DNA of 64,000 nucleotides. Source: Paraphysomonas bandaiensis (Eukaryota; Protista; Chrysophyceae). Of this stretch, positions 1 through 12,128 are shown piece after piece. A program made the translations under genes and the position numbers. The first letter of the stretch is position 1; the number at the start of each line of letters is the position of its first letter. The DNA is taken from positions 62,001 to 126,000 of the forward strand of contig CBFFRP010000064.1 in NCBI GenBank assembly GCA_965644295.1, written 5' to 3'. The notes beneath the pieces are model-generated. The model saw only the letters and a program-made list of their open reading frames with translations. It had not been told where the DNA came from and ran no database searches.

Positions 1-522
1 GTATGATCATATACATCTACAGTATGTACATATATACATACAGACCGAGGTGTGTGTTCTTTCTGTATGTCATCAGCAGGTCCCTTCTAAGGGAAATGTG
101 TGTATGTAACTCAGATATGGTCCGTTTTGGGTGTGAGAATTATAAAACTATTGGTTTTATAAAAAGTTGGGACTTTTATGTTTTTATAGAGACAGTACCT
201 GCATGCACAGCGTTGGCCGGTATACCTCCCGTATACCATGTATACAACACTGGTCGCACTGATTTTCTATCTGCCAATTCAGCAAATCAGATAGTCGGAA
301 ACAACAATGGACATCACTGATTGGTCATATGTCCAATAGGAGGGGTGGACACACTGCTATGTAAACATATGTTGCAACCCATAACATATGAAACAAGTGG
401 TGAGGAGTGCTTTGAATCACTTGCATATGGTAATGGCTACCAAACGCTTCGATTCAAGACTAAGATGAATATTCCTTGTCACATTATTACGTTTTAGTCC
501 TTCATACGAGTTCTAAGCTAGA

Positions 523-1215
523 ATGAATCCTCCATTCACGTCTCCGTCAATTCCTATTAACAACACTACACCAGAGCTAGTGACTGTTCCAACTCCCCCT
601 CCAAAGCAACTTAAACCAGTTGAAGTGAGTGATGTAAAATCTCACCACATTTGGAAGCATAATGGTGGTAAAGTAGGGTATACTAGCCATAATATGTGGG
701 GGAAAACTATCACTCAGGAACGGAAGGAGAAGACGAGAAGAAGTCACGCATATGGTGTCGAGATCCGCGACCTACCTGCTGACCATGTTCTCTGCGGGGA
801 ACAAGGACTTTTTGCTACGAAACGTTTTGAAAGGTTTGACGTTATTGGAGAATACACTGGGCGTATTGTTGACTCGGATGTTGGTGGCCACTATGTGGCG
901 TGCTTGGAAGATGTATCTTACGATGAATCTCTCGGTGTAGATGCAGCGGATATTGGAAATGAGCTTAGATGCATAAATGCATATCAGGGTATTGGAGAAA
1001 AGGCGAATGCGAAAATGAGAACAGCTTACATTAATTCTTTTCCTCACGTCATTATAATATGCACGGAAGACATTGAAATTGGAGAAGAAATACTACTAGA
1101 TTATGGCGAAGCATACACTAATATGTATTTAAAACCTGTGGAGAAGAAATACACTCCAATGGTGTGTTGGAATGAGTTACCAGGTGGTGATTGTTCCTCA
1201 GATGATGAAGAATAG
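523..1215 (+). CDS. SET-domain protein (putative lysine methyltransferase)
   Basis: 230 aa ORF with SET motifs GLFA, IGEYTG, GNELRCINAY (RFINH-like) and EILLDYG. Confidence 0.85.
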   Translation: MNPPFTSPSIPINNTTPELVTVPTPPPKQLKPVEVSDVKSHHIWKHNGGKVGYTSHNMWGKTITQERKEKTRRSHAYGVEIRDLPADHVLCGEQGLFATKRFERFDVIGEYTGRIVDSDVGGHYVACLEDVSYDESLGVDAADIGNELRCINAYQGIGEKANAKMRTAYINSFPHVIIICTEDIEIGEEILLDYGEAYTNMYLKPVEKKYTPMVCWNELPGGDCSSDDEE

Positions 1216-2018
1216 ATTATATTTTCTGTCTATATAATTTCTATTGATAGAGTTTTTGTAGGTTCCTGTAGAGTACAACGATTTCTACTGTTGTATCATA
1301 TGTGTATCAACTTGTATACACGCCATCGATATAGCGAATTACTATACAGTTTTTAAATAAAGCGAATTATTATTGCTTTTATTTGAGTATATTATGGCGT
1401 TATGCATACATTTACTTCATACTATTTCTGTTACAACTTCTGTTATCTTAACACTTCACTACATATTCATGTAACATCGGGTGAAATATCTGTTCTCAGC
1501 AATCATTTGTTCCAGTCCCTCCAATATCTTATGTACTAGTCACACATCAGTAACTGAATTTAATTCCTTGTAACGACAATCACCCGTTACACGTACGAAT
1601 TGACTTAACCTATTGACCTATTACACATTAATAACTCACATCAATTCCACATCATATTTCAAAACTCAACATACTCAAAGCTGAGAATTATAAATTCATT
1701 GCTCATAAATGATCAGTAACTCTTATTATTCACAACATAGCCATTAACGTTTACCATGCCCTGCTGGTGCTGTACCGAATTAGTAGCTACAACTCAGAAA
1801 TATGGTAGCCTACGAACTAATTCTAAAGCATAAATTGGATTTTGCATCGGGATGACATTGGAAAAAATTGCTGCATGGAAAACAACAGCTTATAAATCGA
1901 ACTTAATTTAGACTGCTTCATAATAAAAACTGTCCTTATTGATTCTATGAAACATTTTTCCACTTGACTTCTCCATACAACACGCACTCAACGCAACAGG
2001 ATAGGGTCAGAGCTCTGA

Positions 2019-2817
2019 CTAGGTGGATAGCTGCTTCATGAATTCCGAGGCGACCACGCGAGCGCGGGCATTAATAGCGATTTTCATTCCACTTATCTCC
2101 TTGTCAATATCTTCCATGAACTGAAATATAACGCATTAACGCAATATGAAAACTTTGTAGACATGTGGACATATACCTGGATAATAAAGTCTACGAGCTT
2201 GTGTTTCCACATTTTTTCAAGGTGTGTGTGGGTAATTAGAAAACTGATGTCATATCCCTGAAATATATGTCATAAGATGAGGTGCACAAGATATCATTAA
2301 AAGCGACACACTTGTTCGGTCTAATCTACATACAACGACGTACTTGGTACATATAAAAAGCTAACACTACATACAGATTAAATACCTCAACCGCTTTTCT
2401 GCGCATGATGATAAACTGCTCGGCTCTTTGCATGAGAAAACTTGTAAATTTGCGACACAAAATTTCTTCGATTTCATCTGCTTTTTTAATTTTAATTGAC
2501 ACTCTAACAGAGTTAATTGACGGCTCAATTAAACATTTCTCGTTCTCTGTCCTTGAAATGCATAGAGGTTGCAAGAGGAGCTCTTTATTTCCTCTGTTGA
2601 TAATAGTTAATATCACACAGCAATGAACTGTCATCACCCGCAAACTAACCTGATCTCCACTTCCGGCTTATTGTGTCTCTCAACTGTCTGTGACGGAAAG
2701 TTTCTGAGACAAGTAGCTGCAGTCAGAGTAGACTTGCAAGCATCGAGGTATGATTTAAGAGCATTCGCCTGTATCCACATACATCAGCTATCGTATCATC
2801 TCACAATATCTTACCAT
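2019..2817 (-). CDS. ARPC4: Arp2/3 complex subunit 4 (p20-Arc), spliced
   Basis: Exons reconstruct M|[117 protein letters not shown]; ATG-only first exon followed by gtaag at 2814. Confidence 0.95.
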
Positions 2818-3446
2818 GATCAATACACTAGTCAATGATATCGAATAAAACCACTCGTGATATTAATTAATAGATTGCAATAATTAGACTCCTTTGCTAA
2901 TTATGTGAACTGAGACTGTAGCTATGTATGTATGGTATATCACTGCGATATATACATGTATGTGTTGTATATAGAGGTAAGATGATGTATGTATGATGTA
3001 TGTGCAGAGCATTGTGATGCAACATACATGATCCATACAGCTGTAGTATACCGGTATACGGTGGATATATGCTTGTAAAAAACGACATCATACAGAGTGC
3101 ATAAAACAGGCATTTCTAGAACCATAACTGTGGAATTGCTTAGTTTCTAGCAGGAGCTCACTCTAAATACCTAATTTTCTTTATTTTGGGTCGTGGACTT
3201 CGTATACAATACGAAGCGAACAGAGTATACCCCGCACAATAAGATATGAACTGAACTGTTCAATATCTAGATATCGAAGATACGAAGTGAAGTATTCGAA
3301 TTAAGTCACTTCACTTCTGCTCTGTGAACGACACTATGCAGTCCCAAGTGCCTGTATGCACACCGTATATATATATGTATATATATATGAGAGAGAGTTA
3401 GTCCCACATATCTACACAGTCACCTCCATCTCTCATTAACAAAGAA

Positions 3447-3912
3447 ATGGACCAAGAAGAAGAAGATATCGAAGGAATGATGGAGGAATTGGCATCCTTC
3501 TATTGCTCTGGAATGGATGATGATGACCTGAGAGTGTTTCGAGATGCAATAGACAGCAACCGATATGTCATCACGATAAACTGCAGTGAATTCTATGAAT
3601 TTCCCCCTCTATTCCAAGAGAAAGTAACGAATGGTAAGATGAATATAAGAATACAGACTACAGAGTTAGATCAGTGTCAGAGTTAAGGAGAAAGTGTCCA
3701 GGAATGACTGACAGTCAAGTAGCAGCCATTGTATCTATCGTCCAAAAGCAAAGACGTGAAATGAGCGTTGCTGATATGATGAAGCACAATATGATTGCTC
3801 CTATACAAGATGTTAGTTTTGAGGTTTAGTTAGATTATTGTAAAATACTCTGTTGCAGATGACTAAGGATGATATAGAAGACACTGCGACAGAGGATGCA
3901 AAAAAGTCGTAA
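3447..3912 (+). CDS. Small hypothetical protein (~123 aa, 3 exons)
   Basis: ORF from 3447; GT-AG introns near 3634-3680 and 3812-3858 keep the frame open to TAA at 3910-3912; no domain recognised. Confidence 0.55.
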
Positions 3913-4427
3913 TGACCTGATTATAGTCTTCCGGTTGTAACGGTTGGTTGGAATTTCTTTCAATGACGATGAGAGGGTGATCTGACTCATGTATAACTTG
4001 AGTTTTTTTTTTATCTGTACGAGTTTAGTCTTTGCTTTATTGATGATTTGCTTTGTTATAATAGCGAAAAAACAATCAATGTTATCAGCTAATATATAGC
4101 TACTTGAGTATGTGCTTTCTTTAATGTCAATTAAGTGGGAGAGCAAGTAATTAATTGTTACACGGCCCTGAGTGGTTGCGTTGATTAAACGATTAATAAA
4201 ATATCATTGTAATACTTGCCAAAAAGTATTTGTCCCTACTAAATATATCTCAATATAAAAATTAGTAGGCTCAACTGCCATTTTTAGTTGAGTAGGAACA
4301 TCTGCAAAATTTAGAAGATTCCAGTGGAAACGTTTAATATATTAGTTTTAGTAAAAATGATACCATATTATCTACGGAAAGAAGGCTAAACCTTGTGTGG
4401 CACGTATAAAAGGGTTTGCTATCCACT

Positions 4428-4712
4428 ACAAAGTCAGACTCGCACCTTTTCGAGGTGTTTTGGGGGATAAGTACTAAGTACTGGTGATATTTCACAATGA
4501 AACTAACATGATAATAGTCAGGTAATGCCCACTCATAACCAAATGCTTGTGTGGTACAAGGAAATTTAAAATCGTCAGTTGTGTGCCGTCTTATGAGGCC
4601 CCCCTCGCGAATAAACAGGCATCCGGAAGTGTGTACACCTCAAGGGCATCCGGGGCTGGGTCCACCTTAGGGCATCCGGGGTATTGGGCCACCTGCTGAT
4701 GTCAAGTATCCG
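4428..4712 (+). repeat. Dispersed repeat fragment (block Z), inverted copy at 60918-61208
   Basis: caaagtcagactcgcaccttttcgaggtgttttgggggataagtac and tandem ggcatccgg units match the reverse complement of 60918-61208. Confidence 0.85.
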
Positions 4713-6403
4713 AACTGTACACTTTAACGACTCGAACTCCTGAAGTCAGCAGAATTCAAGTATATCAACATTCTGGTTGCTAACTGTATTTGCTTCAAGA
4801 AATGTTGTTGCACCTTGGTGTTTGCGGTGACGTAGCGTTACAAACCCCTTCAATACTATTGATGGAACGCTATCTAACAATAGTATTGCAATATACTATT
4901 TTCTCTGTCCCTGGGGCAGATATGTGGCTATAGTATTCACGAGATGTGTTATTGTCGAGAGTGCTAGGTTAACATGGCCTTCTTAGCTGTTGGTGTTACA
5001 TTAACTCATATATCATACTTTTAGTAAATCGTCAACAAACGTGTGAAAACAAGTATTATAAATTACAAAGTGAGTACACAACACACTAATTCGAGTAAAC
5101 AGAATCGCTAATCACTTTTAAATTACAATAATAGCATCAACATCTGACTAGTATTCCAACAAGAATAATTATGAACTTATGAATCGAACATCGTCAAAAG
5201 TAATAAGTGCCAAATCCTCTTGATATCCCTGTACTGATGAGCTGATATCGTGTTTCTCGCAGCAGAAAAATAACACCGCAAAAGAAAGGAAATTAGGCCA
5301 TCTCATGGTCTTGCTATCAAAAGTACTCCATTGAAAAGTTCAGAGGAAGATATCCCTTTAGAGGAACACCTATATAAACACCATGTAAGAATCGACTCTC
5401 CATAAAGTAGAATAAATGCTTAAACAGAGAAATTGTAATAAAGGTGCTCAGAATATATTGAACTTGATTATGTTTGTCTCATGTGATAATGGGTGTGGGT
5501 AAGTGGGAGGGCCCTCCTCTCGGAGTTAACAGCCAACACATTTACGACACACACCATTACACTCGGAAACGAGGAATGAAGGATCATTGCGCCTTACATA
5601 AACTAAAATAAATAACAACTTCAATACCTGTATATTGACTTGATTGACAGCTCATCCGCAACAGCTACTCATGCGCAAATGCCACGCCCTGAATGTAAGA
5701 GTCAGAGAGTTTACATTCAGTTAAACATGTGTATTGCAGCGTATTATCTGTGCAGCATATCAGGAATGCGACAGTACAAAAACAACTCCAATACGAGTAT
5801 AATATTGCAAGGTTGCGAACCATACATAGGAGTACTAACAACTCCTCGTATCAGCTTAATATCTTGCGATCTATGCATATACAACACACAAATAAATACC
5901 TTGATTTCAATCACATCCTGCTCATCCATTGCATCTGTAGACGCCCATCACTTGCACAGCAGTATGGTGAATTACCTCCCAGACTGTGTCGTAATTCTGA
6001 CTACTCTGTCAGCTGGATTTTCTCTCTATGCATGCATGTATGTATATGTGTATGTATAGAGCGCTTTGCACCACTCATTTCCATACACAAAAAATATCAT
6101 AAGAGGACACTCTTATTGCTGTTAAAACTACCCATATTGTGGTTAAACCTCTTCTAAAACAGGGTTATTTCATAGTTTAAGTGTTAAAATCAGTTCTTTT
6201 CCAACAAAATTAAGGTAATCCTGTATTTTGGCAGAAAAATAGCCTGTTTTGTACTTGTGTATGATAAGATACAGCAGAATGATGTTTAGATACTGGTGTG
6301 TGTATATATACACATACAGGTCCATGAATAGCTAGTAGCATATAGCCTCATTAGGAGACTATTACTAGAAATCAGATCTGTTAACTCGAATACTATAGAA
6401 ACA

Positions 6404-8353
6404 ATGCACATACAAGTTTCCCGTATCAATGGCGGTGCATACAAGAGGGTCCTACTGGCCTATGAGTTTCTTCATATGGCATGTCCCGCACTAGATCACT
6501 GTATCGCTACGTACATAAGAAATCAAATCCAATTCATTGAGAGTCTCTCTTTCTATATAATGGATATGACCAATGAGACACTCTACAGACACCAGTCGAT
6601 TGGAAGGGTGCACATTCATGCATTGGATGCAGATGTTTTATGGGTGTCTGCGCAGATATCTTTTGCACTAATTTCCGGTAACGATACCGTACTGACAGTT
6701 TCAAGTGATGTACATCATGTCATTCAAACTCATATTAATCAATCGGAACAATTATCAGTCATTTTTTTTAATGACTTCCCTTTTGAGACGTCTTCAGCTG
6801 TGACGACGTTTACTTACTCTTCTCCGATACTGAAAAATATAGCCGGCGATCCCATTCTGACTACTGTTTATCCTGACTTAATTCAGCTACTTCATCGTGA
6901 TGTTAAGAATGCGTTTTATTTGAAAGAGCGTTATAATCTCAGTGAAGTTTTGCTGACTGATGAATTTGATCTCTTACCTCGTGACACTCGTGAACAATTT
7001 GTATCTGAACGTAGGGAGTACTTATTCACAATAATATCGCAGAGAAACCCCTACTACCGAAGAATTAACATAGATTCATGTGTTGAGAAGAAACGTGTTG
7101 TATCTGCAGCAAATATACTTGACGGTCACACCCTTTCATCGAACGTTCCACCGTTGGGATCTGATATTATATCTGTCAATTCGTCAGGTAACATGGATAA
7201 ATATCAAATCACATTTTCTACTGGTGGTTCAACCGGTCGTGCAAAATATGTATATCGGCAAACATGGGAAGATGAGGAGAATGCGCGCTATATTGCTAAA
7301 GGATTATATGCTCAAGGTATTTCGAGAGATGTCAAAGTTATGAACTGTCTGGGTGCAGGATTATGGGGTGGTATGCATGTTTTCAATCTTGCTCTTAAGT
7401 ACACTGGTTGCGGTGTGATTCCAGTGGGGTGTGAGTTCAGCGAACCACAAATCGCTGCCTATGTGCGAGATCTGCAGCCAGATGTGATTCTTGGCATGCC
7501 GAGTTTTTTGCTTAAGATAGCAGAGTATGTGTCTCGCAGTGAGCAGAAGTTACAAGTGAAGGCTGTTATTACCGGTGGAGAGCAGTTATTTGATGAGATG
7601 AAGTCACGTATCTCCTCTGCTCTTGGTGTTACGTCATTTCTATCTACGGGCTATACTTCAAATGAAACCGGAGCGATCGGGTTTCGATGTCCATTTTTGG
7701 CCCCGTCTCATTTTCATATCCATGAAAACATGCAAGACGTACATGTAGTATCTCTCGACCCTGACAATACAAGTGAATGTGTGTCTGAAGGGGATGTAGG
7801 GCGACTAATAGTATCGAATCTCAATAGGACTTATATGCCCACAGTTATGTATGATATAGGGGACAGTGGAATGATATTACCATCTACTGAACAACCGTGT
7901 CTGTGCGGACGCCGTCTGCAGGTTATGTGCCTTCTTGGAAGGTGTGATGATCGACTGAGACTTGGAGCAGAAGATGTATCTGTACAGGACATAGCTACTG
8001 CTATAGGTACTATAGAAGGTCTAAGTATGAACTTTGCAATACATGCGACAAGGTCTAAAGAGTCAGGGAGGGATGTCCTAGAAGTCAAGGTAGAATTGAA
8101 CGAAGATTATAGCCACGCTTCTGATGAGTGGTATAAAAATATAAAAACACAACTACTGAAAGCAATTTCACAAACTACGAGTTTGAGATGGGAGGAACAG
8201 GAAAAGTTAGATTGCCACAGAGGAAAGCCGGTTGAAGGTCTTATTGATACTCCTGTAATTTCGTTACTGGGATGGGGCGAGCTCCCTCGTAATTCCCGTA
8301 CTGGAAAGATAAAACGTGTAGTTGATGAACGACATTATAATATACTGAAATAA
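6404..8353 (+). CDS. Phenylacetate-CoA ligase-like (PaaK family) adenylate-forming enzyme with N-terminal extension; intronless
   Basis: 649 aa; ANL motifs FSTGGSTGRAK, GGE, GYTSNETG, YDIGD, CLCGR, GRCDD and C-terminal RTGKIKRVVDER. Confidence 0.85.
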   Translation: MHIQVSRINGGAYKRVLLAYEFLHMACPALDHCIATYIRNQIQFIESLSFYIMDMTNETLYRHQSIGRVHIHALDADVLWVSAQISFALISGNDTVLTVSSDVHHVIQTHINQSEQLSVIFFNDFPFETSSAVTTFTYSSPILKNIAGDPILTTVYPDLIQLLHRDVKNAFYLKERYNLSEVLLTDEFDLLPRDTREQFVSERREYLFTIISQRNPYYRRINIDSCVEKKRVVSAANILDGHTLSSNVPPLGSDIISVNSSGNMDKYQITFSTGGSTGRAKYVYRQTWEDEENARYIAKGLYAQGISRDVKVMNCLGAGLWGGMHVFNLALKYTGCGVIPVGCEFSEPQIAAYVRDLQPDVILGMPSFLLKIAEYVSRSEQKLQVKAVITGGEQLFDEMKSRISSALGVTSFLSTGYTSNETGAIGFRCPFLAPSHFHIHENMQDVHVVSLDPDNTSECVSEGDVGRLIVSNLNRTYMPTVMYDIGDSGMILPSTEQPCLCGRRLQVMCLLGRCDDRLRLGAEDVSVQDIATAIGTIEGLSMNFAIHATRSKESGRDVLEVKVELNEDYSHASDEWYKNIKTQLLKAISQTTSLRWEEQEKLDCHRGKPVEGLIDTPVISLLGWGELPRNSRTGKIKRVVDERHYNILK

Positions 8354-8653
8354 AATATGTGAATAATTTTGCATTTAGTTTAAGCTGAGTGATATGTACA
8401 AACGTGGTCACTACGTTCTGAGAACACCATTCATGCATTCATGCCTTAACAAGCAGGGGGCGATAACAATAACTTTTTACTTGGTCCTGACAACAAGCAT
8501 CGAGATAGAGTTTGAAGTACAAAGCAATTAATTGGGTATTGAATTAGGTGAATCCACTACAAACAACATAACAGTATTATAAAATGAAGGAGTGTGGTTC
8601 ATAACCAGGACAGCAGAACAACAAATTGCGAAATTATAGTTGTAGGCAGTAGG

Positions 8654-8906
8654 CAGAACTGCGTAACAATTTATTGCAATTTAATTACAATTATTAGTTA
8701 TAGCTCACGCAATTATAATTACTATTATTGCATTACTTGCAATTTAATTGTGCCAATTATTGTCTAATTAACTTAGTTACTCATTACAAGCACGTGTAGC
8801 ATTTTCAACCGTATTTGCAACCTTCCAACGAGCAATTATAATAGCAATTATTACGTGTCCCCCATGCCACTTAATTGCAATTACAATTAATTGTTACGCA
8901 GCCCTG
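8654..8906. mobile_element. Non-autonomous hAT-type MITE
   Basis: Termini cagaactgcgtaacaatt / aattgttacgcagccctg, same TIR family as 16705-17264; no clear TSD. Confidence 0.75.
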
Positions 8907-9279
8907 GTTTTAAGAACATTCCTAATTTATTGCACTTCAAAAGTCTAACTACTAATTAGTTATTAGCTTCAAGCTTCAGATGGTATAAAACTTAGAATAC
9001 CTACACAGAGTGGGTACGCATATGCCAACATCATGCAGTTTCCACACTTGCGGTGATTAATCAATAAAGAAGTAAGCAAGTGATGGACTGTTTATAACTT
9101 AGTGCCAGCTAGCCGTATATCTGATACGCTCAACTCTAACCTTCAAAATACAAAGCAGCCTAGAGTAATACAGTATCGCAATAAAACCCACTACCATTCC
9201 ACACTTCGTCCAACGTATCATACGATTCAAAAAGTTGACTACATATCTCATAGTGCAGTATGAAAACATATCGCTTCCA

Positions 9280-10536
9280 TTACGCATCTCCGGTCTTCTT
9301 ACGGATGAATTCAAGCATACTCTGGTCAAAAGGAGTGATAGTGTTGTCCGGACAAAGGGCATCATCAATGCGCTTAGCAATCTCAAGATTAAATTTCATT
9401 TCTGGAGCGGGCCATTCGTTCTTATCGGTCTTCTGGGTTGGTGGGCGCCCGAATATAAGCTGGTTGATTAAGGCAGTCAGGTAGGTGACTGGCTGTCGAA
9501 GGAAGTTGTTGGGGATAAGATTTCTGTAATTCATCAGCACACATGGGCCAGGGTGAGTGTACACAATGTGTCCCCATGATTCTGGGAAGAAAAGTACATC
9601 TCCAGGTTGGGAGGTATAGAACCACACCTCAAATTCACCTTTGGGGACGCGCTGAGGTCGCATGGTGGATGCGACTGGCATCGCTGACCACATATCATCT
9701 CCACGGTAGTCATCAGGTTTCACTATATAACAAAATTAATATCAACTGTAATAACAGTCAAGAATAAATACATAGCGTAGCAACGCAAGGGCACTACTAT
9801 TGTAATTACTACAGAACTCCATTATCACTAATATACTCACCAAATACCCAAGACTTGCTTCCAATCAGCTGCACAGCCATGCTGAGTACCATAGGCGTCG
9901 CGTGTATCGGAGCTGCAAAAAATATTCAGAGTTGATGCAAAAATTGAACAATTGCATACATGTGAGCATAGGCTTGTCGAAGTTCGAGATGAATCCATGC
10001 TCCTTTTCACTCTCAGAGACGGAAAATGGAAGTTCCAGGAGTCCAAACATTGTTGCCGCATCCTCAGGGGACATCTTAGCAAAGCTTGCGTACCACCCAG
10101 GGTCAGAAAAGATCTGAGTAGTGTTCATTTCTACTGGCGGCTCGTGGATATGGAAGGGAGGGGAACAGAGAGTAGATTGAGGTCTCATTTTCTCAGGGAT
10201 GCGATGGGCAAGAACGGGAAACTTAATTGTGTTCATATAATCGAACTCAAATTTCTGTCCTTCGCGTACACGATACAAATGAAACGAATCGTCCCACTAT
10301 CACACATACACATGAATACATATGAACAATTATATGTGTATACGTACCGTATTTAACACCTTCCCAAGCTGTCCTACATCATAATACGTAGTGGGGATAT
10401 CTCTCTCTATAATCTCAGCTTTGTGTTGGAATTCATTCGAGTCAAGTTGCACAAAATACCAGTGGCGTCTAAGGAACTCATTAGCAAAGTATGCTAACAG
10501 CACTACAATAGCTGCAAAAATAATTTTACGAAACAT
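9280..10536 (-). CDS. JmjC/cupin-like 2-oxoglutarate oxygenase-fold protein with N-terminal signal anchor, 4 exons
   Basis: MFRKIIFAAIVVLLAYF N-terminus; spliced TSPIHAT..VQLIGSKSWVFV; QPGDVLFFPESWGHIV matches the JmjC C-terminal motif. Confidence 0.75.
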
Positions 10537-10982
10537 TTCTGTAATAACTATTTCTATATATGAGTATGGATCTGAGTATATGCTCAGGGTCGGAGATGAT
10601 ATGAGTGCCTACATATACAATTGCCTGTATAGATATATATGGAGAGTATGCAATGGATGTATGTATATGTATGTGTACGTAGGGTTGGAGGTAGATGAAG
10701 ATCTATACAGCACAAGTATTCTATGCCAGTGAATGGAGGAGGATTGGTGGCTAATTCCTAATACTCGCGATATATCGCGATATATAGATTTCATAGATTT
10801 TGTGGAATAAAGTTCCAAATATTGCGATTTTAAACAATTGGAGATAAAATTTATACGAAAATTAGGATTTTGTCATGGAAGTGTGAAAACCTTCAAGTAA
10901 ACTGCAGAAACAACGGGAATTTTCTGCTGGACTCTTCTTATGTACTATGTACAGCAGTGTATACAGGCTCCATGAAATCTGC

Positions 10983-11129
10983 CGTATTGCATCGTTTCTT
11001 TATTTTTGTTCAAATATGCCTCTAATATTGAGGCAACAATTACCTGTATTCTAGCTGTAGTTGTATTGAAGTAATATAGAGAATATTTACTTCAATTTAT
11101 TCCCGAAACACGAGATGCTGACTGCCGAT
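10983..11129 (+). mobile_element. ~145 bp structured MITE-like element, copy 1
   Basis: Shares core tttttgttcaaa-gatgcctc..attgag.caacaatta..cagc.gtagttgta..gtaatatagag..ttcaatttatt.ccgaaa..gatgc with 7 other copies. Confidence 0.9.
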
Positions 11130-11720
11130 CATATCCGACAGACCTACAATCCAATCAAAATGTTTCCGCAGACAGAGTTCTTAGAGACAATGAACTCGAT
11201 GGACTTGACTCGATAGTATCGGACATCTGCCATCTGTCATCTAGACATGTGCGGTTGGTTCTGGTGAGGCTTCGACTCGAGTGTCTTGAAGAATTTCGAC
11301 TCTGTTTGATTGAATTAACGAAAACTTTCTGCGTATTCAGAATGAAAAATCTTTTGTGTTCTCTCGTTTCCATACAATCACTAATTGATGTATTATTGTC
11401 TTCTCTTGTTGTACAGTGTGCCCTGATGGTGATATATATATATACGTAACGTCCATAGCAGACAACACATTGCTGTTACTTATATATAAATGCTTGTATA
11501 AAATATATCAACACAATCTTACTTTAGTAACGGTAAGCAAAAATTATTGAATGAGTTTTTATTCATTCGTCTGTTTGTGTATATGTCTCTTATTTTACGT
11601 TTACCGTCTTCAAACTTTGGTATATATTACGGGATATAAGTCACCTCATTTGTGGTTAGCAAATAGTTTGTAAAGCGTGGATTCAATCCGCGATATGTAC
11701 GCAGTAGTATTATTGGGATT

Positions 11721-11862
11721 TATATTATTGGATGTAGTCACACCAAATATCGTGTAAGATCCTTGTCAATGGGTTGAATTTTTAGTCATTAAATACTTCG
11801 TATTTTCAGTTCACTAAGACCAAGCTGACTACTGTGGTCAGTAAGTGTTTATGGTATTCACC
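11721..11862 (-). repeat. Old dispersed repeat (other copies ~29645-29775 and ~51800-51905 on +)
   Basis: Shared ataccataaacac..ctgaaaat..atttaatgactaaa..tcaacc..ttgac..ttggtgtgac..ccaataatata. Confidence 0.65.
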
Positions 11863-12128
11863 TATTTTCAGATGCCAATTTTATTGTTTATTACTTTCAC
11901 TAGTGTTTTACACCAAGAATAGTGTAATACAACCACTTTGACTAGGTTGTATATAGACTGGGAAATCAATGTGATACTAATGTTCTAACGCAATATACAA
12001 GTCGAGAATACGTAGCTAATTGTGCTTGGTGGAATGAGACATGAAACTAAACTTAGCTTCTATTAAAAACAGTCATACATCACACAATTTGAAAATATAA
12101 CAATTTTTAGATCATTACAATTATTTCA

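Noticed and set aside
3-320. Short intergenic and antisense ORFs in the track (this one and similar)
   Set aside because: Low-complexity TA/CA promoter sequence or shadows of real genes; no motifs
5234-5270. CTGATGA..GAAA hammerhead-like core
   Set aside because: Extra base before GAAA and no pairing partners for stems I and III
11650-11695. tRNA-like T-arm gcgtggattcaatccgcg
   Set aside because: No cloverleaf, D-arm or acceptor stem
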